Origin: Trueperaceae bacterium | Lineage (GTDB): Bacteria; Deinococcota; Deinococci; Deinococcales; Trueperaceae | DNA: 64,000 bases | Assembly: GCA_965214405.1 (NCBI GenBank) | Contig: OZ243956.1 | Coordinates: 320,001 to 384,000 of the forward strand | Direction of reading: 5' to 3' | Shown: positions 40,163-50,303 of the stretch, one piece after another | Layout of the letters: each line of letters starts with the position of its first letter | How positions within the stretch are numbered: position 1 is the stretch's first letter | Notes under the pieces: model-generated | Database searches by the model: none | What the model saw: only the letters and a program-made list of their open reading frames with translations | Told to the model about the DNA's origin: nothing | Translations under genes and position numbers: made by a program

Positions 40163-42247
40163 TTAAACCGAAATCTGCGTCTCCTGAAAATAAAACACGC
40201 CCACATCCTTTTCGGCTCGCACGCACAAGAGCGTGCCCTTGGCGAAGGGCAAAATAAGATAGTCAGTGAGCGAGCCCAGAGGACGACCGGGCAACATTAG
40301 GACGACGCTATCCGCGCCGCTATGCGTGCCGTAAATATCTTGCGCCTCATCATGGGACCCGTCATGCGCGCCGGTAGGGCGGCCTCTGTAGCGGCGAATC
40401 GTCAAGGGGACGCCGTCTATCACCACGCTGACGGGTTCATCCGAAAGCCCGTACAACGCCTTTTTGGTACACACCACGCCGTCGTAAAGGCTTGTCAGGT
40501 CGGCAGAACTCACAGACAAGGCGCGGCAAACCCGGGCGGTGAGGTCACTCATGATCGCCTGCGGCAGGGGCAGGTGGAGCGCCCTGGCGGCTCCCGAGAG
40601 AAAGCCCTCGACCGTGCGCGTCATGTCGGGCGTGTTGGCGCTCCACTGCGCGAGGTGCGCGACAGCGCGCCGCACGACCTCCTGCGGCTCTCCTCCCGCC
40701 ACGCCGGACAAGGTTTTGAGGATGCTCAGGAGCGAAGTTTGGTGGGGCGAGGTGAGGACGAAAAGCGCCGTCAAGCCCTCTGCCAGGAGCGCGGCGAGCG
40801 ACCGCGCCTCGTCTTGCACCCTGAGGTGAACGTAGTCGTCTTCTCTAAACCCCAAAATCTTTTGACGCCCTAAGTCGATATCGAACCGGGGCGTCAGCGC
40901 CACCTCCTGCCCGTTGGCAAAAAGGCTCAAGGCCGACCCCGTGCCCATGAGCGCCAGCGGCGCGCCGCCCATCGAAAAACGCACGGGGCCTTTGAGCCGC
41001 AGCGTCAGCGTTTGCGCGGTGATGGGCACGCTCTCAACGCGGAGGTCGGCGCGGTGGGCGAAGAGCACCCCGCCCGGCAGCCCCGCCTCGCCCGCGTTCC
41101 CCCCGACGCGCTCGGGCAAGTACGCCGCGAGGGGGCCGAAAAACCGCTCGGCGGCCTCACAAAAGGCCTCGACGTCCCGGCGGAACATCGCTTCTTGCGA
41201 CCTTTCAAAGGTGAGCGCCCCTTGCAGTCGGCCCTCGAGCTCCCGGCGCTGCGCCTCGCGCATTTCTACAGACAGAGGCTCTTTGGCGAGTTCTTCTAAC
41301 GCCAAACGTAGCGAGCGGCTGCTCACGCCCTTGGGCGGCGTCGCGCTAAGCCTTCCTGAGTAGGGGTCCTCGGCGATGTTGCGCGCCATCTCCCGCAAAT
41401 ACGCCAGCGCGCCTCCGGGAGGGAGCTTGAGCGTCTTGAGCGGCCCCTCGCGTCCCAAGCCGAGCGCCGTCTCGATAAGCTCGCGTAAAACGCCCGCGAC
41501 GCTCTCGAGCGTGCTAAACGACGCCAGCGGGTCGCCGAGCGCGGGCACGGGCTCGAGCACAGCGAAGCGCGTCAGGCTCACGTCTTCGGCAAAGCCGGGC
41601 GTCTTGGCGTAAAGCGTCAGGTTACGCAGGAGCGCGTAGAGAAGCCGCGCGGTCGTGCGCTCGCGCTCGGCGCGGCAACTCGCCGCGGAGCGCCCCACGA
41701 AGTCCTCGATGTCAACCCACCACACGCGCCGCGCCAGCCTTTTGAGCGCCTCCTCTTCGGCCCGCTCTTCAAAGCTGAGCGTTCCTCTGGGCGCGGGCGA
41801 GGTGGACAAAGCAAAAGGCGAGTCAGGCGACGGGGTGTGGGAGGGTGTAAAAGAAGCGGTAGCAGACGCAAGAGAGGGTGTAAAAGGCGGGGTAAAAGAT
41901 GGGGCGGAAAACAGCTCAGGCACCCGCGGCGCTTCCGTCGTCAACGTTCCCAACAGGAACGAGCCAAAATCCTTTTCGTCAGAGAATCCAACCGTCTCTC
42001 CACCGTTCGTGCCCGTTTCGAGTTCTTTCGCACGGTTTTGGAGAACGCCTGCGCCTTCATGACGCTCGAGGAGCGCCTTGGCCCGCTCGAGCCGCGCCTG
42101 CTCATCGGGACGGAAATCCGCGCCGTGCTCCTGACAGTAGGCGAGGAGCCGCCAGGGGCTAAACCCGCGTGCCGGGGATTGTTGGAGGGTGAGGTCCGCG
42201 ACTTTGTACTCGAGGAGTTCTAAAGCCAGACGTTCCGGGGTCAGCAT
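40163..42247 (-). CDS. large hypothetical protein
   Basis: About 694-aa ORF with host-like codon use and TATACT 6 nt upstream of the ATG. No motif recognised. Confidence 0.75.
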   Translation of the reverse strand: MLTPERLALELLEYKVADLTLQQSPARGFSPWRLLAYCQEHGADFRPDEQARLERAKALLERHEGAGVLQNRAKELETGTNGGETVGFSDEKDFGSFLLGTLTTEAPRVPELFSAPSFTPPFTPSLASATASFTPSHTPSPDSPFALSTSPAPRGTLSFEERAEEEALKRLARRVWWVDIEDFVGRSAASCRAERERTTARLLYALLRNLTLYAKTPGFAEDVSLTRFAVLEPVPALGDPLASFSTLESVAGVLRELIETALGLGREGPLKTLKLPPGGALAYLREMARNIAEDPYSGRLSATPPKGVSSRSLRLALEELAKEPLSVEMREAQRRELEGRLQGALTFERSQEAMFRRDVEAFCEAAERFFGPLAAYLPERVGGNAGEAGLPGGVLFAHRADLRVESVPITAQTLTLRLKGPVRFSMGGAPLALMGTGSALSLFANGQEVALTPRFDIDLGRQKILGFREDDYVHLRVQDEARSLAALLAEGLTALFVLTSPHQTSLLSILKTLSGVAGGEPQEVVRRAVAHLAQWSANTPDMTRTVEGFLSGAARALHLPLPQAIMSDLTARVCRALSVSSADLTSLYDGVVCTKKALYGLSDEPVSVVIDGVPLTIRRYRGRPTGAHDGSHDEAQDIYGTHSGADSVVLMLPGRPLGSLTDYLILPFAKGTLLCVRAEKDVGVFYFQETQISV

Positions 42248-42314
42248 AGGGTCAGTATAGGCCAAGCCCACACCGGACGGTTTTAATTTTTGTCACGCGT
42301 GCGCTTTATCTCAC

Positions 42315-43385
42315 CTACTCGCGCCCAAGCTCGGTGAACGCGGCCCGCAAAACCTCAATCGCCCGCTCGTACTCGTCTATAAGAAGATGCTCGTCGGGCG
42401 TGTGGTCGAGGCTCGAGTCGCCTGGCCCATAAGCGAGCATCGGCACGTTCCAGACGGGCGCGACCACGTTCATGTCCGACGTACCCGTTTTGACCTTGAA
42501 GCGCGGCGTGCCCCCCGCCTTGCGAATGGCGGCGCGAAAGACCCGGGTGAGCGGCGTGTCCTTGACGCTCCGGTAGGCGCGTTCATGACCCGTGAAGGTA
42601 AGCTCGAGCCCCTCCCCCACCGGCCCTTCTAGAAGTTTACGCAACGCCGCCTCGGCCTCTTCCGGAGACAAACGGGGCGGCAGGCGCAACCCGAGCGTCG
42701 CCGCCGCGCGCTGCGCGAGCCCGTCGTTGGCGCTCGAGAACGCCTGCAACGAAAGCTGCACCGCGTCGAAGATACTGTCAACACCCTCGTTCAGCCCGTC
42801 CGCCCACGCTTTTACAGCGCTATAGAGCGCCACCACGTCCTCGGGCGCGGTCGTCCCCTCGCCCGCGCTATGGAAGTTGGTCTTGACGCGCGCGGGCTTC
42901 ACCACCAGCCGCCCCTTGTACCCCAGCGTCATCGCCGCCCAGCCGCTCGGCTCGCCGATGATGACCAGGTCGGGCTTGGGCAGCACCTCCAAGGCGTGAC
43001 GCGCACCCCGGCTTGTCGGCACCTCCTCCTCGACCGCGCCAATCAGCACCAGCGTAAGCCGCTCTAATACGTCGGCGGGCAGCATAGAGGCCGCCGCCAC
43101 CGCCGTACAAAACGCGCCCTTGGCGTCGACCGCGCCGCGACCGTAGAGTTTGCCGTCCTCAAGCCGAACCACAACGCTTCCCGGCACCGTATCGATGTGA
43201 CCTAAGAAATAAACGCGCAGCGGACCCGTTCCGAGACGCGCGACGGCGTTCCCGGCCCCGTCGACCAACGTTTCGTCGGCAAAGGTCGCCATCTGCGACA
43301 CGATAAAGCGCGTGACCGCCGCTTCTTGGCCCGACGTGCTAGGAATGGAGACGCTTGTGCGGAGAAGTTCAATGTGGTCCAGCAC
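42315..43385 (-). CDS. lysK: [LysW]-lysine/[LysW]-ornithine hydrolase (M20 family)
   Basis: LGHIDTVPG, GRGAVDAKG, VEEE, IGEPSG, GYKG, KTGTSDMN and YGPGDSSLDHTPDE motifs. Confidence 0.9.
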   Translation of the reverse strand: MLDHIELLRTSVSIPSTSGQEAAVTRFIVSQMATFADETLVDGAGNAVARLGTGPLRVYFLGHIDTVPGSVVVRLEDGKLYGRGAVDAKGAFCTAVAAASMLPADVLERLTLVLIGAVEEEVPTSRGARHALEVLPKPDLVIIGEPSGWAAMTLGYKGRLVVKPARVKTNFHSAGEGTTAPEDVVALYSAVKAWADGLNEGVDSIFDAVQLSLQAFSSANDGLAQRAAATLGLRLPPRLSPEEAEAALRKLLEGPVGEGLELTFTGHERAYRSVKDTPLTRVFRAAIRKAGGTPRFKVKTGTSDMNVVAPVWNVPMLAYGPGDSSLDHTPDEHLLIDEYERAIEVLRAAFTELGRE

Positions 43386-43446
43386 AGACCATATTATCTC
43401 AAGCATCTCGAGCCGACGAACCTTTTTTGCATTTTGGGCTGTTCAG

Positions 43447-44805
43447 GGGTGCAGCCCGCTAGTGTCGGATTAAGCCGGGGCAGGGTAAGCGAGGTGCCTG
43501 AGCTGCCCAAAGTCAATGAGGGAATGTTTGGCACAGGTCTGGGCACGCAAAGAGGCCATACTGGCAGCACCTTGTTTGGACCAGTGCATCCCGCTTCTTT
43601 TCATACGGTTTCCGATAACGGCTTTGTTCATCCCTTCGATTTGCCCTGAACCGATGGGATAGCCTTTTTCTGTGAACCGAGCATAATCCATACTGTCAAG
43701 CCGGGTTTCAAGATACTTTAGAGCAGTTTGCGCTTTGTCATCCCAGGTGAGCCAGACCTCGGGTTTAGGAAGGTGGTGAGCGAGCCAGTCACGGGCGTTG
43801 AGCTGACCCCGATACCAGTCACAGCGGTGGCGCGTTCTTAGGTCTTCATCCCAAGCCAGTGCTTGCATGATGGTGTCGAGGTACTGAGTGGCGTGGTAGA
43901 CGTCGGTGATTCTTACGGCGTCGAGATGACAAAAGATGTTGTCAATCCAAACGGCTCCATCACCCAAACCGAGCAGCGTATCCGCGGGGGTGACTCCGGC
44001 TTCGTTGAGTAAACCCGCCACGAGCGTGACAAAGTCTTCGGCACAGCAGCGTTCGGCCAACATCCAGCGCTGACTCGGAGCGGCTTGCGGATAAAGTACG
44101 GCTGTTTTGAGTTCCAGGCCAGGACATAGCCCCTGTTCAGGTTGCCCTAAGACGTAGACGCCGTCCATTTGCAACACCATGACGCGTCCTTGTCGGCGTG
44201 CCGCTTCAGGCTCTGAACAAGACAACAGTCTGTCTGCCACCTCGGCTCGACACGCCTCAGCGTAGGGGCGTTGCAAGCGGTCTAATTCTGACGAGCTAAT
44301 CCTCAGGCCGAAGTTGCGCGCGATGTAAGCGCCTTCTTCTAAGGGCACGCGCGCTGCTAAGTCGGTCAGGCAAGCTAAGGCTTTGGGCGTCCAGCCCGAA
44401 TGGTCTAAGCGTCTATCGAGGATAGCTTGTTTGGCTCGACCCTCTCTATCAACCAGCCTTTGTACCTCGACATAGACCCGGCCCCACAAGTGCTTAACCG
44501 CGCAGCGACGTTTGCCGTTACCCCAATAGCCTTCAGGTACTTCTCTTTTGTGCTCGGGGGGAAAAGCTCCGGCTATCTGCCAGAGCTTGCATAGTCTCAC
44601 TCATCATCGCTTGATAATGCGCCAGCATCGCCGTCTCAACCTCGGCTACACCCGCATCTTCGGGTAGGTCTCGTTCCAAAGCTTCTAAGTACCTGCCAAA
44701 CGCTTCCTTCGCCCGTTCTTTCCAATCACCTGTCTGGCTCGTTTTCATCCGCCATTCTACCGCTGCTACGCCCCTTTTTCTATCCGCCTATTTGGGGTTG
44801 CACCC
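43447..44805 (-). mobile_element. second, divergent ISKra4/ISLre2-like insertion sequence
   Basis: IRs GGGTGCAGCCC (43447-43457) and GGGTTGCACCC (44795-44805), one mismatch. No flanking direct repeat. Confidence 0.85.
43470..44748 (-). CDS. DDE transposase split into OrfA (44533-44748) and OrfB (43470-44600), joined by a +1 shift
   Basis: QMDG, LGDGAVWI, TDVYH and PIGSGQIEG..KAVIG.RMKRSGM.WS motifs. The overlap contains TTTTCCCCCC. Confidence 0.88.
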
Positions 44806-44823
44806 GTGTCTGAAGCGTCTCCT

Positions 44824-44872
44824 TTGCTGCTCCCCCACCTTTGGGTTATAATGGGCACCTGGAACGCATCCA
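44824..44872 (+). promoter_or_regulatory. sigma70-type promoter of the sugar ABC operon, with possible operator
   Basis: TTGCTG-17 nt-TATAAT (44824-44852), followed by the imperfect palindrome TGGAACGCATCCA. Confidence 0.5.
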
Positions 44873-45059
44873 AACGGTCGCTCAACCCGGCTGACCCGTG
44901 GATTCTCCACTCGTTACGTCTCAAAAAAAGAGCTACCGAGACGGGAAGGGAGGATGAAAGAAGACGGTATTCCGACACGTTTGCTCGGTTGAAAACTCGG
45001 TCGAAAGCTCGAGCTTTAGTAGATTTTCATAGGTTTTTGTTACTTCACAAGGAGGACCC

Positions 45060-46343
45060 ATGCTTCGTCGCACCATCATTCTAGCCCTTCTCATCAGCTT
45101 CTTTTTGCCCGCTTTCGCCCAGGACGAGGTTGATTTGCGCTGGCGCACCCGCCCGGACAATCAGGCCGAAATCGACGTGTATGAGCGCGCGAGCGAGACC
45201 ATCGACGCTGCGTTCGAGGGCGTGACGTTGCAGTACGAACCCGGCGGTTCGGAGAGCGCCTCGTACCAAGACGTGCTCGTGACCGAAATCGAGGCGGGCA
45301 CCGCCCCCGACGTGTTCTGGATTCCCGGCACCGACGTGGCGCGCTTTGCCGAGGCGGGGCTTATTTTGAACTTGGCCCCCTACGCCGCCGAGGACGCCGA
45401 CTACAACGCCGACGACTTCTACCCCGGCCCGATGGGCTTTTTAACCACTACGGTTGAGGGAAGCGACAGTGCAGGAAACGACGGGGCGCTCTGGGGCCTC
45501 CCGCGCGACGTGTCCGCGTTCGCGGTTTACTATAACCAGGACCTTTTTGACGAGGCGGGCCTCGAGGCCCCCGGCGGCGACGACTGGACCTGGGAAAGGT
45601 TTGAAGAGGCCGCGAACGACATTGACGCGCTGGGCGACGAAATCTACGGCTTCGCCATGAACGCCTGGTGGGCCAACTGGGGCTACTTCGTCAATGCCGC
45701 CGGAGGGAGCTTCTTTAACGAGGATTACACCGCCTGCGGCTTAGACAACGAGGCCACGGTCGAGGGCCTGACCTTCGCGCGTGACCTGTTCAGCAGCGGC
45801 GCGGCGCTCCCCTGGGGCACGGACGGCGAGCCGCCCTTCCTTGCGGGCAACGTCGGCATGTTTATCAACGGACGCTGGGCGACGCCCGGCGCGGTAGCCA
45901 ACGCCGACTTCACCTGGAACGTCGCGCCCCTGCCCGTCGGGCCGAGCGGCGAGGCGACCAACTGGCTTTTCTGGGGCGCGTACGTGGTGAACGCCAACAC
46001 CGCGAACCCGGAAGAGGCCTGGGACTTAGTCACCCGCCTTACCTCGCCCGAGATTCAGGGCGAAATCGCCTCCTTGGGCGCGAACATCCCGAGCCGGGAC
46101 ACGCAGGAGGCCATCGACCTCTTTTTAGCCACGCTGCCCGACAGCGGCGTGAATAATCAAGCCTTTATCGACGGCACCACGGCGAGCGACGTGCGCACCG
46201 AAGCGCCCCTTTTCGCGGGCAACTGGCCCGCCATCGACACCGCCTACGGCAACGCGGTGGCGTCGGTGTTTAACGGCGAACTGACCCCCGAAGAGTTCGC
46301 CAACACCATTTGCACGCAGGTCGCGCCGGAGTTCGAGCAGTAG
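45060..46343 (+). CDS. sugar ABC transporter substrate-binding protein
   Basis: Signal peptide, AGTAPDVF, WGLPRD, YYNQDLFDEAGL and GMFING.W motifs. Confidence 0.92.
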   Translation: MLRRTIILALLISFFLPAFAQDEVDLRWRTRPDNQAEIDVYERASETIDAAFEGVTLQYEPGGSESASYQDVLVTEIEAGTAPDVFWIPGTDVARFAEAGLILNLAPYAAEDADYNADDFYPGPMGFLTTTVEGSDSAGNDGALWGLPRDVSAFAVYYNQDLFDEAGLEAPGGDDWTWERFEEAANDIDALGDEIYGFAMNAWWANWGYFVNAAGGSFFNEDYTACGLDNEATVEGLTFARDLFSSGAALPWGTDGEPPFLAGNVGMFINGRWATPGAVANADFTWNVAPLPVGPSGEATNWLFWGAYVVNANTANPEEAWDLVTRLTSPEIQGEIASLGANIPSRDTQEAIDLFLATLPDSGVNNQAFIDGTTASDVRTEAPLFAGNWPAIDTAYGNAVASVFNGELTPEEFANTICTQVAPEFEQ

Positions 46344-46380
46344 TTGCGTACCCGTCACACGGGTAACGATGAGTAACAAT

Positions 46381-46411
46381 GGGGCGGTCCGCGTGGCCGC
46401 CCCTGTATTTT
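46381..46411 (+). terminator. stem-loop or partial terminator after the SBP gene
   Basis: GGGGCGGTC-loop-GGCCGCCCC followed by TGTATTTT. Confidence 0.5.
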
Positions 46412-46467
46412 GCGAACGGGTACTATTACTATGTTTAGAGCTCTTTTAATCAACCGGAGGGAAAGTC

Positions 46468-48138
46468 ATGGACCACGCGAGCCCCGCGTTACGTTCTGAA
46501 GGGAATGCTCGAGCCCGCTTAACCATCACCCTGGCGTGCCTATGGCACGCGCTGCTGGCCTTTTATTTAGTCACCTTGTCGCTTGGCATCTTCCGCGCCG
46601 ACACGCTCCTCATTGCGGGCAAACCCGCCGATTTGGGGCGTCCCGTCCAGGTTTTTGCTGGAGCACTGCCCCTCGCGCTCGCCGCGCTGGCGGTTTTGGC
46701 GGGCGTGGGGCTCCTCTTAAAGCGTCCCGCGGGGCGCTACGCCGCGCTCGGGGTCAACCTGGGCGCGTTCGCGGGGGCGCTGTTCGCGCTCTTCGGGGTG
46801 TGGGGGCTCTACGGCTCTTTCGAGCACATCGTAGACGGGGTGATGCGTAATGCGTACTTGACCCTGGGTTTTGCGCTCGCGTACCTTGTTTATTTTGTGG
46901 CGGGGCGGCTCGAGAACGCCCCCAAAGCAGAGCGGTGGCTGAGCCGTCTGGGTCTCGGTATCGCGCTCCTCACCCTTGGGGCCATCCTCTTGTCCGCCGA
47001 CATTTTGGCGGGTATCGGCTATTTACTCAGCACCTACAGCGCGTGGCAAACATGGGCGCTCACCGCGGCGGCTTTGTTGTCGGGCGCGCTTCTTCTGCAA
47101 CTCATCCGCCTGGATACCTACTTTGGCGAACGTCCCGACGGGCGGGCGGCGTGGCAGGGCTGGTTCATGCTCGCACCCAATATCTTAGGCTTTCTGTTCT
47201 TCTTCGCGGGGCCGCTCCTCTTGTCTTTTTACTTGAGTTTTACGAACAGTTCGGTGGGGCAGGTGCCTCAAGTGACCGGAGTCAACAACTACGCGCGGCT
47301 TTTATCTTTGGAAGTCAAGGTTTTGGGCGATGACGACGGCGCGGCGCAGAACGCGCTCTCGTTCGGTTACGCGGTGGTGCGTGAGTTTGACATCGGGAGC
47401 AGCCGTTTGGTTATTGGCGCAAAAGACCGGCTTTTCTGGATAAGCCTCTTTAACACGCTCCTCTACTGCGCCATGCTCTTGCCCTTAGCCATCATCCCGG
47501 CGCTCGTGATGTCGCTCATTCTGAATTCATCGCTACCGGGGATGCAGTTTTTCCGGGCGGTGTACTTTCTTCCCTCCGTCGCGGCGGTGGTCGGCACGGC
47601 GCTCATCTGGCGCTGGCTCTACACGCCGACGACGGGGTTTATTTCCTACGCCGTCACGCAAGTCACGGGCTTTTTGGGTGTGCCCGACCCCGAGATTCAG
47701 TGGCTGTCGGACCCTCGAGTCGTCCTCATTTCAGTCGTTCTTCTCGCGGCCTGGCAAGTCGTCGGCTACAACACGGTGCTTTTTTTGGCGGGGCTCCAGG
47801 GCATCCCCCGGAGCCTCTACGAGGCCGCCGAAATTGACGGGGCAAGTCCGTGGCAGCGTTTCCGCAACGTGACCCTGCCGATGCTCGGGCCGACCACCTT
47901 TTTCGTTCTCATCACCACGATGGTCACGGGGCTGCAAGCCTTTAACGAGCCTTACGCGCTCTTCCCGTCGCGCCCGGTGCCCGAAAACGCGACCACGCTC
48001 GTTTATTACCTCTACACGGTGGGATTTAACCAGTTCAACTTCGGCTACGCCTCGGCCATCGCCTGGGTGCTGTTTATCATCATCTTCGCGTTTACCTTCG
48101 TGCAGTTCCGCCTCAACCGCTCGCAGGCGTACGGCTAA
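46468..48138 (+). CDS. carbohydrate ABC permease (MalF-like) with long N-terminal membrane extension
   Basis: FLAGLQGIPRSLYEAAEIDGAS.WQRF..VTLPML EAA motif. Confidence 0.9.
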   Translation: MDHASPALRSEGNARARLTITLACLWHALLAFYLVTLSLGIFRADTLLIAGKPADLGRPVQVFAGALPLALAALAVLAGVGLLLKRPAGRYAALGVNLGAFAGALFALFGVWGLYGSFEHIVDGVMRNAYLTLGFALAYLVYFVAGRLENAPKAERWLSRLGLGIALLTLGAILLSADILAGIGYLLSTYSAWQTWALTAAALLSGALLLQLIRLDTYFGERPDGRAAWQGWFMLAPNILGFLFFFAGPLLLSFYLSFTNSSVGQVPQVTGVNNYARLLSLEVKVLGDDDGAAQNALSFGYAVVREFDIGSSRLVIGAKDRLFWISLFNTLLYCAMLLPLAIIPALVMSLILNSSLPGMQFFRAVYFLPSVAAVVGTALIWRWLYTPTTGFISYAVTQVTGFLGVPDPEIQWLSDPRVVLISVVLLAAWQVVGYNTVLFLAGLQGIPRSLYEAAEIDGASPWQRFRNVTLPMLGPTTFFVLITTMVTGLQAFNEPYALFPSRPVPENATTLVYYLYTVGFNQFNFGYASAIAWVLFIIIFAFTFVQFRLNRSQAYG

Positions 48139-48158
48139 GAGGCAGGGTTAGGAGACTT

Positions 48159-49391
48159 GTGAAACGTTCTAAACTCACCCCCCGCACGCTTTTTTTACGC
48201 ACCCTGGCCTACCTCGCGCTGACGGGCTTCGGCTTCATCATCATCTTCCCCTTTCTCTACATGATGTTCACCTCGCTCAAGACCTCCGGCGACGTATTCC
48301 GCTACCCGCCCGAACTCCTGCCGATGAGTCAGGCGACCGCGCCGTACGAGGGCGGGGAAGCGCCGCTCTACCGCCTCCCGGTAGAAGGCAGAACCCGCGA
48401 CGTGGTGAGCACGGGCGAGCGCGAACGCTTTGGGTTTTTTACGACGGAGGAGAATATCAACCTTGCGGACACGCGCAGCAGTCGGATAGTGGCGGAGGTG
48501 CCGTTGGACGACGCCGTCGAAACGGGCCGGAGCCTGACCGTCACGCGTAACGGAAGCGAAGAAAGTTTTGACGTTTATGAAGTCCCCGTAGACGGCGAAA
48601 CGCAAGAACTTCTGCTCGCCTACCGCGGCGCGCAAGACCGCTTCGTGGTCCCCGACGACCCGAGTCTGGACACCTACGCCGTCGAGCGCACTGCCCCGCG
48701 GAGCGAGTTTATTGACTTTCAGTGGGGCAACTACGGGGCGTTTTTGACCCTCAACTTAGACCGGGCTTTGGTCAACACCGTGCTCGTCACCGTTTTGGTG
48801 GTGCTGGGGCAGCTCGTCACCTCGATTTTTGGGGGGTACGCGTTCTCGAGGGTCCAGTTCGGCGGGCGCGACACGCTCTTTCTGCTCTACCTGGGCTCGA
48901 TCATGATTCCTTTTGTGGTGCTCATCATCCCGATGTACCGCCTCATGGTCATTCTCGACTGGCAGAACCAACTTGTGTCGCTCATTCTTCCTTGGGTCTT
49001 CACCGCCTACGGCACCTTTTTGATGCGGCAGTTTTTCATCTCCATCCCCAAAGATTTAGAAGAGGCCGCCATGCTCGACGGCGCGAGCCGCTTTCGCATC
49101 CTCTGGCAGATTTTCGTGCCGCTCTCGCGCCCCGCCATCGCCACGCTCGCCATTTTTTCGTTTCTTTACGCCTGGAACTCGTTCCTTTGGCCGCTCCTGA
49201 TTATCAGCGAGGCGAACGAGGCGAACCACGTGCTGACGCTCTCGCTTATCAAACTCAGCAACATCGCCGCCGACCGCCCCAACATCGTGCTGACGGGCGC
49301 GGCCATCGCCATCTTGCCGCCGATGATTATCTTTGTGCTGGCGCAGCGTTACTTTATAGAGGGCCTGAGTTCGTCGGGGATGAAGGGGTAA
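48159..49391 (+). CDS. carbohydrate ABC permease (MalG-like) with large extracytoplasmic loop
   Basis: MRQFF.SIPKDLEEAAMLDGAS and WNSFLWP motifs. Confidence 0.9.
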   Translation: MKRSKLTPRTLFLRTLAYLALTGFGFIIIFPFLYMMFTSLKTSGDVFRYPPELLPMSQATAPYEGGEAPLYRLPVEGRTRDVVSTGERERFGFFTTEENINLADTRSSRIVAEVPLDDAVETGRSLTVTRNGSEESFDVYEVPVDGETQELLLAYRGAQDRFVVPDDPSLDTYAVERTAPRSEFIDFQWGNYGAFLTLNLDRALVNTVLVTVLVVLGQLVTSIFGGYAFSRVQFGGRDTLFLLYLGSIMIPFVVLIIPMYRLMVILDWQNQLVSLILPWVFTAYGTFLMRQFFISIPKDLEEAAMLDGASRFRILWQIFVPLSRPAIATLAIFSFLYAWNSFLWPLLIISEANEANHVLTLSLIKLSNIAADRPNIVLTGAAIAILPPMIIFVLAQRYFIEGLSSSGMKG

Positions 49392-49754
49392 ATGGACGCC
49401 TGGGCGGAGGGGGTGCGGCTTTTTGAGGCGGGCGAGTATTGGGAATGTCATGAGGCGTTGGAACCTTTGTGGCTGGAGGCTACAGGACTCGAGAAGAGCT
49501 TTCTCGGCGGGGTCATCCTGCTCGCCGCCGCACTCCACAAAGCGAGGGCGATGGACTCGCCCAGGGGCGGCAGGCGCAACTACGCCAAGGCGTTGCGGCA
49601 TCTTGCGCTCGTGCCGGATCATTGGGAGGCGTACGGTTGGGGGGTGGACGTGCGGGAGCTCGAGGCTCGCGTCCACGCCGCGCTGCGTGATTCGGCCTTT
49701 GTGCCACGTATCCCTACCGTTGGGTCCGCCAACACCCGACCTCAACACCCGTGA
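49392..49754 (+). CDS. DUF309-family protein
   Basis: GVRLF..GEYWECHEALEPLW...G.I.LAAALH motif. Confidence 0.85.
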   Translation: MDAWAEGVRLFEAGEYWECHEALEPLWLEATGLEKSFLGGVILLAAALHKARAMDSPRGGRRNYAKALRHLALVPDHWEAYGWGVDVRELEARVHAALRDSAFVPRIPTVGSANTRPQHP

Positions 49755-50139
49755 AGAGAGCCGGTTGACGTTACTTATAAAATAGGCGCTGGCGTTTTCG
49801 GCGAGTTGTGAGGACGCCCCCGAATTGGGTTCGCACGGCGACGGCCCCCTTTAGTGACGCGCTTAAACGGGAACCGCAAACCCACCCGGACGACAAACAC
49901 CGTGAGGTGGATAAAAAACTTTAGTAAAACGTTCAGGCTCTTGTGGGTAGATTTTAGCAAGAAACACGGCGACGTCGTTAACGCACCCTAACCCGGGAGG
50001 GCTCGAGCCTCTCCCACCCTCACGAACGGAGAGAAAAGAAGCGTCTAGATGAACTTTCAAATCGGGTATAAAGCCATTTTACACCTCTCCCTCGCCGCCA
50101 GTGTGACCTATTCATGAAAGAATTTTTCTTGACGCCGTC

Positions 50140-50205
50140 TTGACAAAAGGCGCGCGCATCGCTTAGAGTTATCCCAACAACAAAATAGTTTAGTAAAAGA
50201 TTACT
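50140..50205 (+). promoter_or_regulatory. promoter and candidate LacI-type operator
   Basis: TTGACA-18 nt-TAGAGT (50140-50169). AGTAA-N4-TTACT palindrome at 50192-50205. A related TTTAGTAAAA site lies at 49920. Confidence 0.55.
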
Positions 50206-50303
50206 TTTGTATCGGTCCTAGAGCGCCTAGTTCGACCCTTGCGAAACGCTTCTCGCCCCTCCGGTGTCTGTTGAGGCGTCTAAGTTTAAGAAAGGTTTAG
50301 TCC

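Noticed and set aside
49775..50060. Small ORFs of 61 and 65 aa in the LacI upstream gap
   Set aside because: No RBS, atypical composition and overlap with promoter and operator motifs.
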